In this document: piece after piece, positions 1-8,056 of the stretch
Layout: each line of letters opens with the position of its first letter
Position numbering within the stretch: position 1 is the first letter of the stretch
Assembly (NCBI GenBank): GCA_030698495.1
Contig: JAUYKA010000007.1
Coordinates: forward strand, 1-60,129
Length of the DNA stretch: 60,129 bases
Direction of reading: 5' to 3'
Origin: a bacterium
Lineage (GTDB): Bacteria; Patescibacteriota; Andersenbacteria; UBA10190
The notes under the pieces: generated by a model
Database searches by the model: none
What the model saw: only the letters and a program-made list of their open reading frames with translations
What the model was told of the DNA's origin: nothing
Position numbers and translations under genes: made by a program

Positions 1-102
1 TTGATACGGCTGTAGTGGTCGGCCTGGCGGCAGAAGTTCTTCTTAATAAGAAGTACAAAAAGCCGGCTTGCCGGCCGTAGCTCCGCCAGAGGCGGAGCGG
101 AG

Positions 103-186
103 GCCGGGGTGGTGAAATTGGCAGACACGTACGGTTTAGGACCTTATGTCCGCAAGGACGTGCAGGTTCAAGTCCTGTCCCCGGCA
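103..186 (+). tRNA. tRNA-Leu (anticodon TAG), class II with long variable arm, CCA not encoded
   Basis: Acceptor GCCGGGG/CCCCGGC, anticodon loop TTTAGGA, variable hairpin GTCC-GCAA-GGAC and T-arm GCAGG-TTCAAGT-CCTGT. There is one C/U mismatch in the anticodon stem. Confidence 0.8.
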
Positions 187-189
187 CCC

Positions 190-218
190 TTGACAAAATC
201 TTGTTTTTAGTATATACA
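190..218 (+). promoter_or_regulatory. sigma70-like promoter, TTGACA-17 nt-TATACA
   Basis: TTGACA lies at 190-195 and TATACA at 213-218, about 50 nt upstream of the ORF that starts at 266. Confidence 0.4.
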
Positions 219-265
219 TAAGCAGATCGGTTCTGACTTTTTCTGGGTGCGCCCCGACGGCACTT

Positions 266-1636
266 TTGGCAATGAAATACGAGGAGATTGCGATGGAGAC
301 TATGCTTGTGACCGGGTTGGTATCAGTGTGTGTGGTGGCAGTCTTTTGGCTGCTGATCTTCATCATTTGGTATCCCCTGTTCTTTTCTTCGCCCTTGCTT
401 CTGCCTGATGACAAGGGAAAGAAGAAGAAGAAAAGGCACCTACGAGATGAGACGAGACTGAAAGATGACCTGGAGGGTACAAAAGCTACGGTGGGAGTGA
501 ATATCGTCAGGCTAATAACACCAGATTCATCCGGAAGGGAAGACCGGGAAATCCTGGTTAATCTTGGTGTGGCGGAAAACCGTCGCGCCGATAGGGAGGA
601 CAAACCCTTGGAGGGCGATCACTGGTTGTGCGACGGCCGGCCATTGTGGCTGGCTGCTTTCCAGTTGGTGCCAATGTTGGCTATTGCTATGCCATTGGCG
701 CTCATCTTCGATGCGTTCTTCACACCGCTGATCGTTTTTGTGGCGGTGACCTTGGCGTGGATCCCCTTTTCCTGGTGGTCAGTTGAGGAGAACACCCGTT
801 TCGGTGTCCGGCGATTCGGCCGGCAGCTGAACGGGTATCTTAGACCGGGGTTAGTCTTTCTTGTCCCTTGGTTTGAGGTCGGCTATGTTGTGACCCTGCA
901 GAATTTCGTGTGGGGTCCGCGTGGGGGCGAGGATCCGAACGACGCATTTCACATCGGCGGAGCCATGGGTGACGGGCAAGGAAACCCGGAACCTGGCGTC
1001 TTCAATGTGATGCTCTTAGGCCGGTGGTCAATAAAGGTGGTGATAGCAATCACCGCCAGAGTCCGCCGGGCCAGAAAGCTGGCGTGGTATCGCTGGCTCA
1101 ACGACTATTCCAGTCCGGAAGACCTCGGCGAGCAGTTCGCAGCCGTGGTGGGCTCAATTACGAGCACCAAGGCCAGGGAGGTAGACTCGGAAGGTAGTGG
1201 CGACAAGGATGATCCTCGGCAAGCGTTTGAAGCTTTTCTGCGCTTCCTCAATAGAACACCGGAGATTTCCGGCTCAAGTCTATTGGCTCTGCAAGAGCTG
1301 GGCAGGGAGAGACTGGGCGGCGTTTTGCCGGTCAGCGTGGCGTTTGCCAATGTGATTCCGGGACCGGAGCTGGCCGGATTGCTTCAGCGTGTGGACGAGT
1401 CCAGTGTCGGCCGTCTGCAGGATCAAATGGCCGGCAAAGGAGTTGCCTTGTTACTCGACGAGATCGATGAGGCGATTCGTCGCGTGACGGGCGGACCAAA
1501 TCCGGAATTGGTGGCGGAGGCTTATCGGTTGTATATCCAACAACAGTTTGCTGGACAACCGAGCGGCCTCGAAGCGGTTATTTCCAGTCTGGCTGCGCAA
1601 TGGAGCCGGGCTACAACACGAGGAGATACGACATGA
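266..1636 (+). CDS. Multi-TM membrane protein with a divergent SPFH/band-7-like segment (start codon uncertain)
   Basis: 456-aa ORF with hydrophobic N-terminal helices and a KKKKKR linker. The stretch VRRFGRQLNGYLRPGLVFLVPWFE resembles the start of SPFH/HflK-C domains. The region is GC-richer than its surroundings. Confidence 0.5.
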   Translation: MAMKYEEIAMETMLVTGLVSVCVVAVFWLLIFIIWYPLFFSSPLLLPDDKGKKKKKRHLRDETRLKDDLEGTKATVGVNIVRLITPDSSGREDREILVNLGVAENRRADREDKPLEGDHWLCDGRPLWLAAFQLVPMLAIAMPLALIFDAFFTPLIVFVAVTLAWIPFSWWSVEENTRFGVRRFGRQLNGYLRPGLVFLVPWFEVGYVVTLQNFVWGPRGGEDPNDAFHIGGAMGDGQGNPEPGVFNVMLLGRWSIKVVIAITARVRRARKLAWYRWLNDYSSPEDLGEQFAAVVGSITSTKAREVDSEGSGDKDDPRQAFEAFLRFLNRTPEISGSSLLALQELGRERLGGVLPVSVAFANVIPGPELAGLLQRVDESSVGRLQDQMAGKGVALLLDEIDEAIRRVTGGPNPELVAEAYRLYIQQQFAGQPSGLEAVISSLAAQWSRATTRGDTT

Positions 1637-2694
1637 TAAGACCAGGGCCTGCCGGAAAAGGACGAAGCGGGGGCAAGACGCCCTCGCAGCGGAAACCGTC
1701 ACCGGGTAATGCCGGTAGCGGTACGATGCCTCCGGCTGCGACGACGTCGACGTCCAAGAAGGTCTCGGTTGGCCAGGTGGCTATCTGGATCATGCTTTGT
1801 CCGTTGGTGCTGCTTGTGTCTGTGTTTTGTATGTGGGTTTTGTGGTTGTTTGTCCGCTGGATTTTTACGCCAGCGGCGGCTCCCACCAACCAACCGCAGC
1901 AAACGCAAGCGGCGGAGCAGCCGACGGCATCGGCGGTTCCCGCCAAGAAGGCGGATCCGGCGAAGTGCGTCGAGGAGGTTTGGCAGAAGCTGCGCTATGT
2001 CAGCAACTGCCGCCTGACGCGACTTCAGGAGGAAGTCACGGTGACGTACAATCCCAAGCGGGACGGTCAGATGAAGGCCGTCGACTTGGGAAGCTGCCTG
2101 AAGGCGACGGAGCAGATCGTGTCCGGCCGAAAGGGCAGCCACCTGGCAACGTTCTGCGAGCCGTATCCGCCGGCACAGTTGGAGTTGTGCAATCGGACCG
2201 GCGAAGGAGCGGTGTCACTTAAAGACAACTGGCGCTATGGGCTGACTGGCTGTGGGGAGCTGGTAGCGCTGCAATGGAATAGCAGTGCGCCATCTCCGGA
2301 CGTTACGTATCGTGTAAACATTTTGCACGTGATCTTGGATGATCATAGAGATGTTGTGCACGATAAAGCCGGTGGAGTGCCGGTGCTGCAGGTTATCTGC
2401 CACAATTTGCCGGCGGAGCGCATTTTCCATGTGCCGCTGCCGGCGAAAGTGGGTGACACCGCGGTCAGTTATGACATGGAAGTCAGGCTGATTGACCGCC
2501 ACGGCAGACACATTCCGCAGGAAGCGGGACACAGCCTTTTCGTGGCAGCGGGAAACAGTGTGGAGCTGGCTAACGGTCCACATTGGCGTGGTCACGTAGC
2601 GCCGGGTGACGGGATTTTTGTGGCAAAGATTGCCCACAACTACCCCGACGGCGTTGACGTGCTTCTGGCTGTCAGGCCAGAAATTGTACCTTGA
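1633..2694 (+). CDS. Hypothetical membrane-anchored, Cys-containing extracytoplasmic protein
   Basis: ATG at 1633 is preceded by AGGAGA (1621-1626) and overlaps the upstream stop as ATGA. The protein has a basic N-terminus, one TM helix and a Pro/Gln/Ala linker. I recognised no family motif. Confidence 0.55.
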   Translation: MIRPGPAGKGRSGGKTPSQRKPSPGNAGSGTMPPAATTSTSKKVSVGQVAIWIMLCPLVLLVSVFCMWVLWLFVRWIFTPAAAPTNQPQQTQAAEQPTASAVPAKKADPAKCVEEVWQKLRYVSNCRLTRLQEEVTVTYNPKRDGQMKAVDLGSCLKATEQIVSGRKGSHLATFCEPYPPAQLELCNRTGEGAVSLKDNWRYGLTGCGELVALQWNSSAPSPDVTYRVNILHVILDDHRDVVHDKAGGVPVLQVICHNLPAERIFHVPLPAKVGDTAVSYDMEVRLIDRHGRHIPQEAGHSLFVAAGNSVELANGPHWRGHVAPGDGIFVAKIAHNYPDGVDVLLAVRPEIVP

Positions 2695-2700
2695 GAGTTC

Positions 2701-2755
2701 AAGCCCCTTTTCTTTTTTGCAGCTTGCTGCGAAAGAGAGAGGGGCTTGTTTTTTA
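2701..2755. terminator. Long GC-clamped hairpin with T-run, positioned between convergent genes
   Basis: AAGCCCC...GCAGC-TT-GCTGC...GGGGCTT followed by TTTTTT. It sits between the + gene ending at 2694 and the - gene ending at 2753. Confidence 0.65.
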
Positions 2756-2980
2756 TCCGGTGAAGTATGGGGCGACAATGTTGAAGATGGAGGCGACCAG
2801 ACCGATGAAGACCAGGGCAACAAGTAAGCGCAACATGATCCATTGGAGACGGTCACGTACGGGCGTGTCGCCATAGTTATAGGCGTATTTGGCTCCGGCC
2901 TGCATCATCCAGATAACGATTATAAAAGAGAGAAGAAGCAGAATGGCGTTGACGATGATGTTTATGGATTCGAAGGACAT
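2753..2980 (-). CDS. Small two-TM protein, short relative of the pilin-like family (no signal peptide)
   Basis: 75 aa with two hydrophobic helices separated by the loop AGAKYAYNYGD. It lies at the distal end of the pilin-like array. Confidence 0.4.
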   Translation of the reverse strand: MSFESINIIVNAILLLLSFIIVIWMMQAGAKYAYNYGDTPVRDRLQWIMLRLLVALVFIGLVASIFNIVAPYFTG

Positions 2981-3307
2981 TTATTTAGTAGAAAGTAGAA
3001 AGTAGCAGGTAGTAAGCAGTAAGAATATTATGATTTTAGTATACTGGATTTTAGGTATTTTGACTGCGGGTAAAATAAGTGGCGATGCAAAAAATGATTT
3101 ATTATTTATCGAAGTCGTTGTAAGTTAATCTAGCGGCATACTTTATAGAGCTATGAATATTAGGAAGTTTGTGTACACATATGTCATGCCGGGCTCCGTA
3201 TCAAGTACGGGACAGGCCCGATCCGGCATCCAGTGCATACGTTCTGGATTCCGGATATTTTGCCACAAGCAAAATTCCGGAATGACGAAACTTAATATAA
3301 GTTCATC

Positions 3308-3338
3308 AAAAAAACTCCCGGAATTTGGGAGCTTTTTT
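3308..3338. terminator. Bidirectional intrinsic terminator
   Basis: AAAAAAA-CTCCC-GGAATTT-GGGAG-C-TTTTTT, immediately downstream of the minus-strand gene 3357-3704. Confidence 0.6.
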
Positions 3339-3356
3339 GATAATAATTCAATTCGA

Positions 3357-3704
3357 TTAAGCTCCTTGAATGGCGCCAACAACGAAGTTGACGACCGCAG
3401 CGGCCAAGCCGATAACGATTAAGCCGAGAACGGCATACAGAATGGTGTTTTTAGCTTGAGATGATTGATCTTCGTCACCTTGGGAAAAGATATAACGGAA
3501 GCCGCCAAGAATGAGGAACACGACCGCGGCTAAAGCTGCCAATATAAGTAAACCATTGAGCAGGAAGGTGACGGCGTTGACTAACGAGTTTTGCGCCGTG
3601 CCTTGCGGAGCGGGAACTGTGGTAAGACCTTGCGCCAGGACAATGCCCGGAAGGGCTAACAGAGAAACCGGCGATAAGTGTTTAATGGTTGAGCGGATGT
3701 TCAT
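3357..3704 (-). CDS. VirB2/TrbC-like (T4SS-pilin-like) small membrane protein
   Basis: 115 aa with a signal-like N-terminus, a TM helix, the loop GGFRYIFSQGDEDQ, a Lys-rich turn and a second TM helix. The 3' 75 nt are near-identical to 3828-3902. Confidence 0.7.
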   Translation of the reverse strand: MNIRSTIKHLSPVSLLALPGIVLAQGLTTVPAPQGTAQNSLVNAVTFLLNGLLILAALAAVVFLILGGFRYIFSQGDEDQSSQAKNTILYAVLGLIVIGLAAAVVNFVVGAIQGA

Positions 3705-3785
3705 GTGCTCCTCACCTCCTTTGAAGTTAGATTATTAAGTTTTACTTGTTTTATTATAAACGAAGTAGGAAATTTAGTCACTTAC

Positions 3786-4880
3786 TTATCCGTAAGGCAG
3801 ATTATTGCGAACAATCGCCCAGAGGACGAAGTTGACGACCGCGGCGGCCAAGCCGATAACGATTAAGCCGAGAACGGCATACAAAATGGTGTTTTTAGCT
3901 TGGGCGGAAGCCTGTTCATCGCCTTGAGAAGCGATGTAACGGGCGCCGCCGATTATAATAAAGACGATAGCCCCCAGGCCGACTAGAACCATCAGAACAT
4001 TAAGGGTTGTCCAGATGAGGCCGGGCAGATTGGTAACTCTACCGACTACAGCTTCGTTAACAAAGGCAACGATAGCGGCGGCAAAACCGGTAACGAGCAA
4101 ACCGAGCACGGCGTACAAAATGGTGCGTTTGGCGGTGGCGCTTTTCTGTTCATCGCCCTCGGATGTAATGTACTGGACGCCGCCGTAGATAATAGCTATC
4201 AGAGCAGCCAAGCTGACCAAAACCAAGAAGACGTTGATGATGGTTAGAATCATGTCGGGTAAGGCCATCGTTTCGCCTCGAATAGCGCCGGCGGTAAAGA
4301 CAACGATGGCGAAGGCCAGGCCGACAATGATAAGGCCGGCGACGGCATAGAGGACCGTGCGCTTCCCCTTGGCGGCTTGTTGTTCATCGCCGCCGGATAT
4401 CATATATTGCACGCCGCCATAGATAATGGCGGCGAGATCAATAACAGCAATGAGGGCCAAAAAGACTTTGATAATAGTGAATATCATGTCGGGGAGTTTT
4501 GTGGTTCTGCCTTTCAGGGCACCGCCGGTGAACTGAACAATAGCGGCAGCCAAACCAACGATAAGCAAGCCGACAACAGCAAATAAAACAGTACGTTTTC
4601 CCTTGGCGGCTTGTTGTTCATCGCCGCCGGATATCATATATTGCACGCCGCCATAGATAATGGCGGCGACAGCTATAACGGCTATTAAGGCTAGAAAAAC
4701 ATTAATAATAGTTTGCAGGATATTGGCGAGTGAGCTCGGTTGGCCGTCACCGCATTGCAGTCCCAGGGTGCCGCAGTCGGCATCAGGAAGAAGATCAAGT
4801 TGAGCGGCGGCGGGGAAAACAGTTATTGCTAGTGCGGTTACAGCCAGAGTGAAGATGGTGGATTTGACTATGAATTTCAT
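3786..4880 (-). CDS. Four tandem pilin-like modules fused in one 364-aa polypeptide
   Basis: Signal peptide plus four units of (TM - GGVQY[MI][IT]S[GE]GDEQ - KxKRT[VI]L - TM). The period is 234 nt, and a 69-nt block is identical at 4367-4435 and 4601-4669. Confidence 0.7.
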   Translation of the reverse strand: MKFIVKSTIFTLAVTALAITVFPAAAQLDLLPDADCGTLGLQCGDGQPSSLANILQTIINVFLALIAVIAVAAIIYGGVQYMISGGDEQQAAKGKRTVLFAVVGLLIVGLAAAIVQFTGGALKGRTTKLPDMIFTIIKVFLALIAVIDLAAIIYGGVQYMISGGDEQQAAKGKRTVLYAVAGLIIVGLAFAIVVFTAGAIRGETMALPDMILTIINVFLVLVSLAALIAIIYGGVQYITSEGDEQKSATAKRTILYAVLGLLVTGFAAAIVAFVNEAVVGRVTNLPGLIWTTLNVLMVLVGLGAIVFIIIGGARYIASQGDEQASAQAKNTILYAVLGLIVIGLAAAVVNFVLWAIVRNNLPYG

Positions 4881-4950
4881 GTTTGTGGTTAGGACTATAA
4901 TAAGATATTTTACACCCTTGCGCCTAAACGAGCGACACTACTTGATATAA

Positions 4951-5376
4951 TTATGGTGCTTCAAAGAAAATACCCAAGACAACGTTAACTACTATAGCAG
5001 AGATACCGATAATAATAATACCGGCAACGGCGTACATGATAATTTTTTTGGCGGTGGCGCTTTTTTGTTCATCGCCGAGAGATGTGACATACATCACGCC
5101 GCCCCAGATAACAGCGATGACAGCAACAAAGGCTATAACCGCCAACACAACTTTTATAATTTCTACGGCTAATTCGGAAAAACTGTTGAATTTTTTGACT
5201 TGCGCGTCCTGGGTTTGAAAAGTATCGACTTTGTCGAAGCCGGTACCGAAATCCACCGACAATTTTACCGGTGCGGTTGGTGCGGATAAAACTGGCTGGA
5301 CATTAAATACGCTGAATAAGAGAATAGTAATAATTATTTTGGCAAAAGCAACGTATGGTATAGTGGCGGCTTTCAT
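4951..5376 (-). CDS. VirB2/TrbC-like pilin-family protein
   Basis: 141 aa with a signal peptide, a divergent N-terminal part and the core WGGVMYVTSLGDEQKSATAKKIIMYA followed by a TM helix. Confidence 0.7.
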   Translation of the reverse strand: MKAATIPYVAFAKIIITILLFSVFNVQPVLSAPTAPVKLSVDFGTGFDKVDTFQTQDAQVKKFNSFSELAVEIIKVVLAVIAFVAVIAVIWGGVMYVTSLGDEQKSATAKKIIMYAVAGIIIIGISAIVVNVVLGIFFEAP

Positions 5377-5422
5377 GGAGTTTTATAAACCTAGCTAAGC
5401 ACGGTAAGAAGGATAACTATGA

Positions 5423-6001
5423 CTACTTGAGCGTTGGAAAGTCTTTGGTGGGGTCATAGTTTTTAAGCGGGTCGTTGTCATTGTTGATAGGAATATCTGG
5501 ATTGGCAACTTCTTCGGGACTGTATGGTTTAACAGAAGGCGATGGCGTAGAAGATGCAGCCGGCGTATTGCCGCTGCCAAGGAATATGGTAATCAACACA
5601 TTTACGGCAACGGCTGATATGCCGATGACAAGCAATCCTATGATTGCGTAAAATATAACTTTTTTGGCCGTCCCGCTTTTCTGGTCGTCGCCTAGCGATG
5701 TGATATACATGACTCCGCCCCAAACCAGAGCTCCGGTAGCAATAATGGCGACTACGGCCAAAGCGATTTTCAAGATAGCCACGGCCAGTTCGGCAAAATT
5801 GTTGTATTTTTTTATACCAGAAGAGGGTTGAAGATTACTGACGTTGTCGAATATTGAATTATAGGCAGATGATTGTTGTGCCGGTGCTGCAGCTTGTGCA
5901 GTAAAAGCCGGCAAAATTCTACTGACACAAAACACATCGGGAAATATTATAGCAGCTGTAATCGCAATAGAGATTAAAGTTGTGCGGCTGTAACCATTCA
6001 T
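5423..6001 (-). CDS. VirB2/TrbC-like pilin-family protein with a Pro/Ser-rich C-terminal tail
   Basis: 192 aa with the core WGGVMYITSLGDDQKSGTAKKVIFYA and an extra ~50-aa C-terminal extension. Confidence 0.65.
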   Translation of the reverse strand: MNGYSRTTLISIAITAAIIFPDVFCVSRILPAFTAQAAAPAQQSSAYNSIFDNVSNLQPSSGIKKYNNFAELAVAILKIALAVVAIIATGALVWGGVMYITSLGDDQKSGTAKKVIFYAIIGLLVIGISAVAVNVLITIFLGSGNTPAASSTPSPSVKPYSPEEVANPDIPINNDNDPLKNYDPTKDFPTLK

Positions 6002-6006
6002 AAGAA

Positions 6007-6369
6007 TTATGGATTAGCCAGAAGAGTTTTTAGGGTAGAGATTATCAAGAAGGACACCCCGACGACGACAACACCGATAATGGCATAAAAAATAATTTTT
6101 TTAGCCTTGGCGGCTTTGTTTTCGTCACCCAGAGAAGCAATATACATGATGCCGCCCCAGATTAGCGCGGCCAGGGCGATAATGGCGACTAGGGACAACA
6201 GCCAGTTGATGGCATTGCCGATAACGGTGATGGCGTCCAGTTCCGGTAACCCGAAGTTTAATTTATCGATACCCAGATTAGTTTGCGCAAAAACATCGCC
6301 GGCGGCAGATTCCAGAAGCGCAAGTACTGTAGTGGGGATGATGAATTTTTTAATTTTGGAAAAAGACAT
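6007..6369 (-). CDS. VirB2/TrbC-like pilin-family protein
   Basis: 120 aa with a signal peptide and the core WGGIMYIASLGDENKAAKAKKIIFYA plus a TM helix. Confidence 0.7.
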   Translation of the reverse strand: MSFSKIKKFIIPTTVLALLESAAGDVFAQTNLGIDKLNFGLPELDAITVIGNAINWLLSLVAIIALAALIWGGIMYIASLGDENKAAKAKKIIFYAIIGVVVVGVSFLIISTLKTLLANP

Positions 6370-6380
6370 AACTTATGAAT

Positions 6381-6767
6381 TTAGGGAGTGAAAATTTGTA
6401 ACATTTCGGTCAGTTCAATAATTATCGTGTAAGACAATGCGATGACAATAAGACCAACAATAGCCCAAAATATTATTTTTTTAGCGTGCTGGACGCGATT
6501 ATCGTCGCCTAGTGAAACAACATACATTATTCCTCCCCAAATCAGAGCCAGGAGTGCCAGAAGGCCGACCAGGCCGAGAAGCCAGTTAATAATGTTCTGC
6601 AAAAATAGCTCGATTTTAGTGACACTACCTAATGGATTAGTAAAGCCACTAGAAGATCCTGGCCCGCCTGGATCAACTACTGGTCCTGCCAAAACTATAT
6701 TTGAAGTCGTAATAAGGAAAAAAAACAAAGAAAAAAAGATGATACTGACAATACGTGTAGGTTTCAT
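6381..6767 (-). CDS. VirB2/TrbC-like pilin-family protein
   Basis: 128 aa with the core WGGIMYVVSLGDDNRVQHAKKIIFWA. Its start overlaps the stop of the upstream SBP gene as ATGA. Confidence 0.7.
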   Translation of the reverse strand: MKPTRIVSIIFFSLFFFLITTSNIVLAGPVVDPGGPGSSSGFTNPLGSVTKIELFLQNIINWLLGLVGLLALLALIWGGIMYVVSLGDDNRVQHAKKIIFWAIVGLIVIALSYTIIIELTEMLQIFTP

Positions 6768-8047
6768 TGGGCTGGGGTTAGGTTATTAATCTGCTCCTCG
6801 GCTTGGCGTAGGGCGTCTTCGCTAGTTGCGGCGCCGGTGACAACGTTGTCGATGGCGGCATTCAGGATGGTGTCAACAGCAGCGCTGTCGAAGCGCGGCC
6901 AGCTTTGGGCGGTGATAGCCTGTTCGGCGAAAACGCCGATACTAGCATCACGTTGTAATTCTACCACACTATCGCGGCGGGCGGGCGGAGTCAGAGCAGC
7001 GCGATTGATAGAATCGGACGGATTCTTGCTGGTCAAAAAGCGGACGAAATTCCAGGCCATGTTCGGTGAGCGCGAAGAGTTGGAAACAGCGAAAGGCCAG
7101 TAGGAGGCGAAATTCACGCGGTTGGAATCGGAGCTGCCGGCGATTTGGGGAATTTCGGCGACACCAAAATTAAGGCGGGGGTTTTTGGCTTTGATGGTGG
7201 GGACGCTGTAAGAGTAATTAAACATGACGGCGGTTTTGCCGGCGGCAAAGGCGTCGATGGAGTAATCTTGCTGGAGGTTCCAGGTGTAGACTTTCTTGGA
7301 CTTGTTAGCGAAGTCGGTATAAAAAGTCAGAGCGCGAGCGCCGATATCGTTATTGATGCTCACTTTGTTATTTTGGGCGTCAAAAATAGACAGCCCGCTT
7401 TGCATCATTAACAGCTGGAATATATCGGAGGCGCGATTAATATTGCCGGCGGTGCCAAGAGCGGCGGCGCTTTGTTGGATAGTGCCGAGGCGATTGACTT
7501 TGGTGACACGCTCAATCATTTGTTGAAAATCCGTCCAGGTGCGCGGGGGGCGGGCAATGCCGGCGGCGTTGAGCAGGTCTTTATTGTAATACATGGCCAA
7601 GGTGTCGACGGACGAAGGCAGGGCGTAAACTTGCCCGCCGCGAACCAAGTCGGCAGCGGCAACATCAACAAACTCATCGCGGACGGCGCGTTCGTCAATG
7701 ATGTTAGCGGGCGCCGGAGTCATAAGGCGCTGTTTGTCATTGACCCAGTTGTGATGAATAACAAAAACATCGGGACCGCGGCCTTCGGCTAAAGCGGATA
7801 GTAAGTCGCGTTCGTAGGTGGCGACGGAAGCGATTTTTTTATAGGTGACTTTAGTGCCGTATTGTTCGGCAAAGGCTTTAAGGACGGGTTCCATATCGGC
7901 GCTTTCCTGCCACAACCCCCACACAACCAGTTCTCCGGTGGATTGGTCGACAGCGGTGTTTTGACGGCAGCCAAAGCCGGATAAGGCAAAAACGCCGGTT
8001 AAAAGCAGGACAAGGGCGGGCAACTTAGATGATAATGCCTTGAACAT
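6764..8047 (-). CDS. Extracellular solute-binding protein (ABC-type, sugar-family like)
   Basis: 427 aa with an N-terminal signal/lipobox-like LSGFGC. The overall pattern (VWGLW..., YNKDL, FANKSKKVYTWN) is typical of family-1 SBPs. No permease or ATPase gene is adjacent. Confidence 0.75.
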   Translation of the reverse strand: MFKALSSKLPALVLLLTGVFALSGFGCRQNTAVDQSTGELVVWGLWQESADMEPVLKAFAEQYGTKVTYKKIASVATYERDLLSALAEGRGPDVFVIHHNWVNDKQRLMTPAPANIIDERAVRDEFVDVAAADLVRGGQVYALPSSVDTLAMYYNKDLLNAAGIARPPRTWTDFQQMIERVTKVNRLGTIQQSAAALGTAGNINRASDIFQLLMMQSGLSIFDAQNNKVSINNDIGARALTFYTDFANKSKKVYTWNLQQDYSIDAFAAGKTAVMFNYSYSVPTIKAKNPRLNFGVAEIPQIAGSSDSNRVNFASYWPFAVSNSSRSPNMAWNFVRFLTSKNPSDSINRAALTPPARRDSVVELQRDASIGVFAEQAITAQSWPRFDSAAVDTILNAAIDNVVTGAATSEDALRQAEEQINNLTPAQ

Positions 8048-8056
8048 AACAGAAGT

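Noticed and set aside
1-102. Possible third, partial copy of the L1/L2 element at the window edge (CTGGCGGCA..., CTCCGCC-AGA-GGCGGAG).
   Set aside because: Only short words are shared. The order of helices and the conserved GCGCTCGACT junction are missing, and the region is truncated by the window start and abuts tRNA-Leu.
2753-6767. Type IV (PilA-like) pilins or competence pseudopilins.
   Set aside because: There is no class III leader (G/FTLIE-type prepilin peptidase site) and no single N-terminal hydrophobic helix architecture. The proteins have a cleavable-looking signal peptide plus a two-TM hairpin, which fits VirB2/TrbC-like pilins instead.
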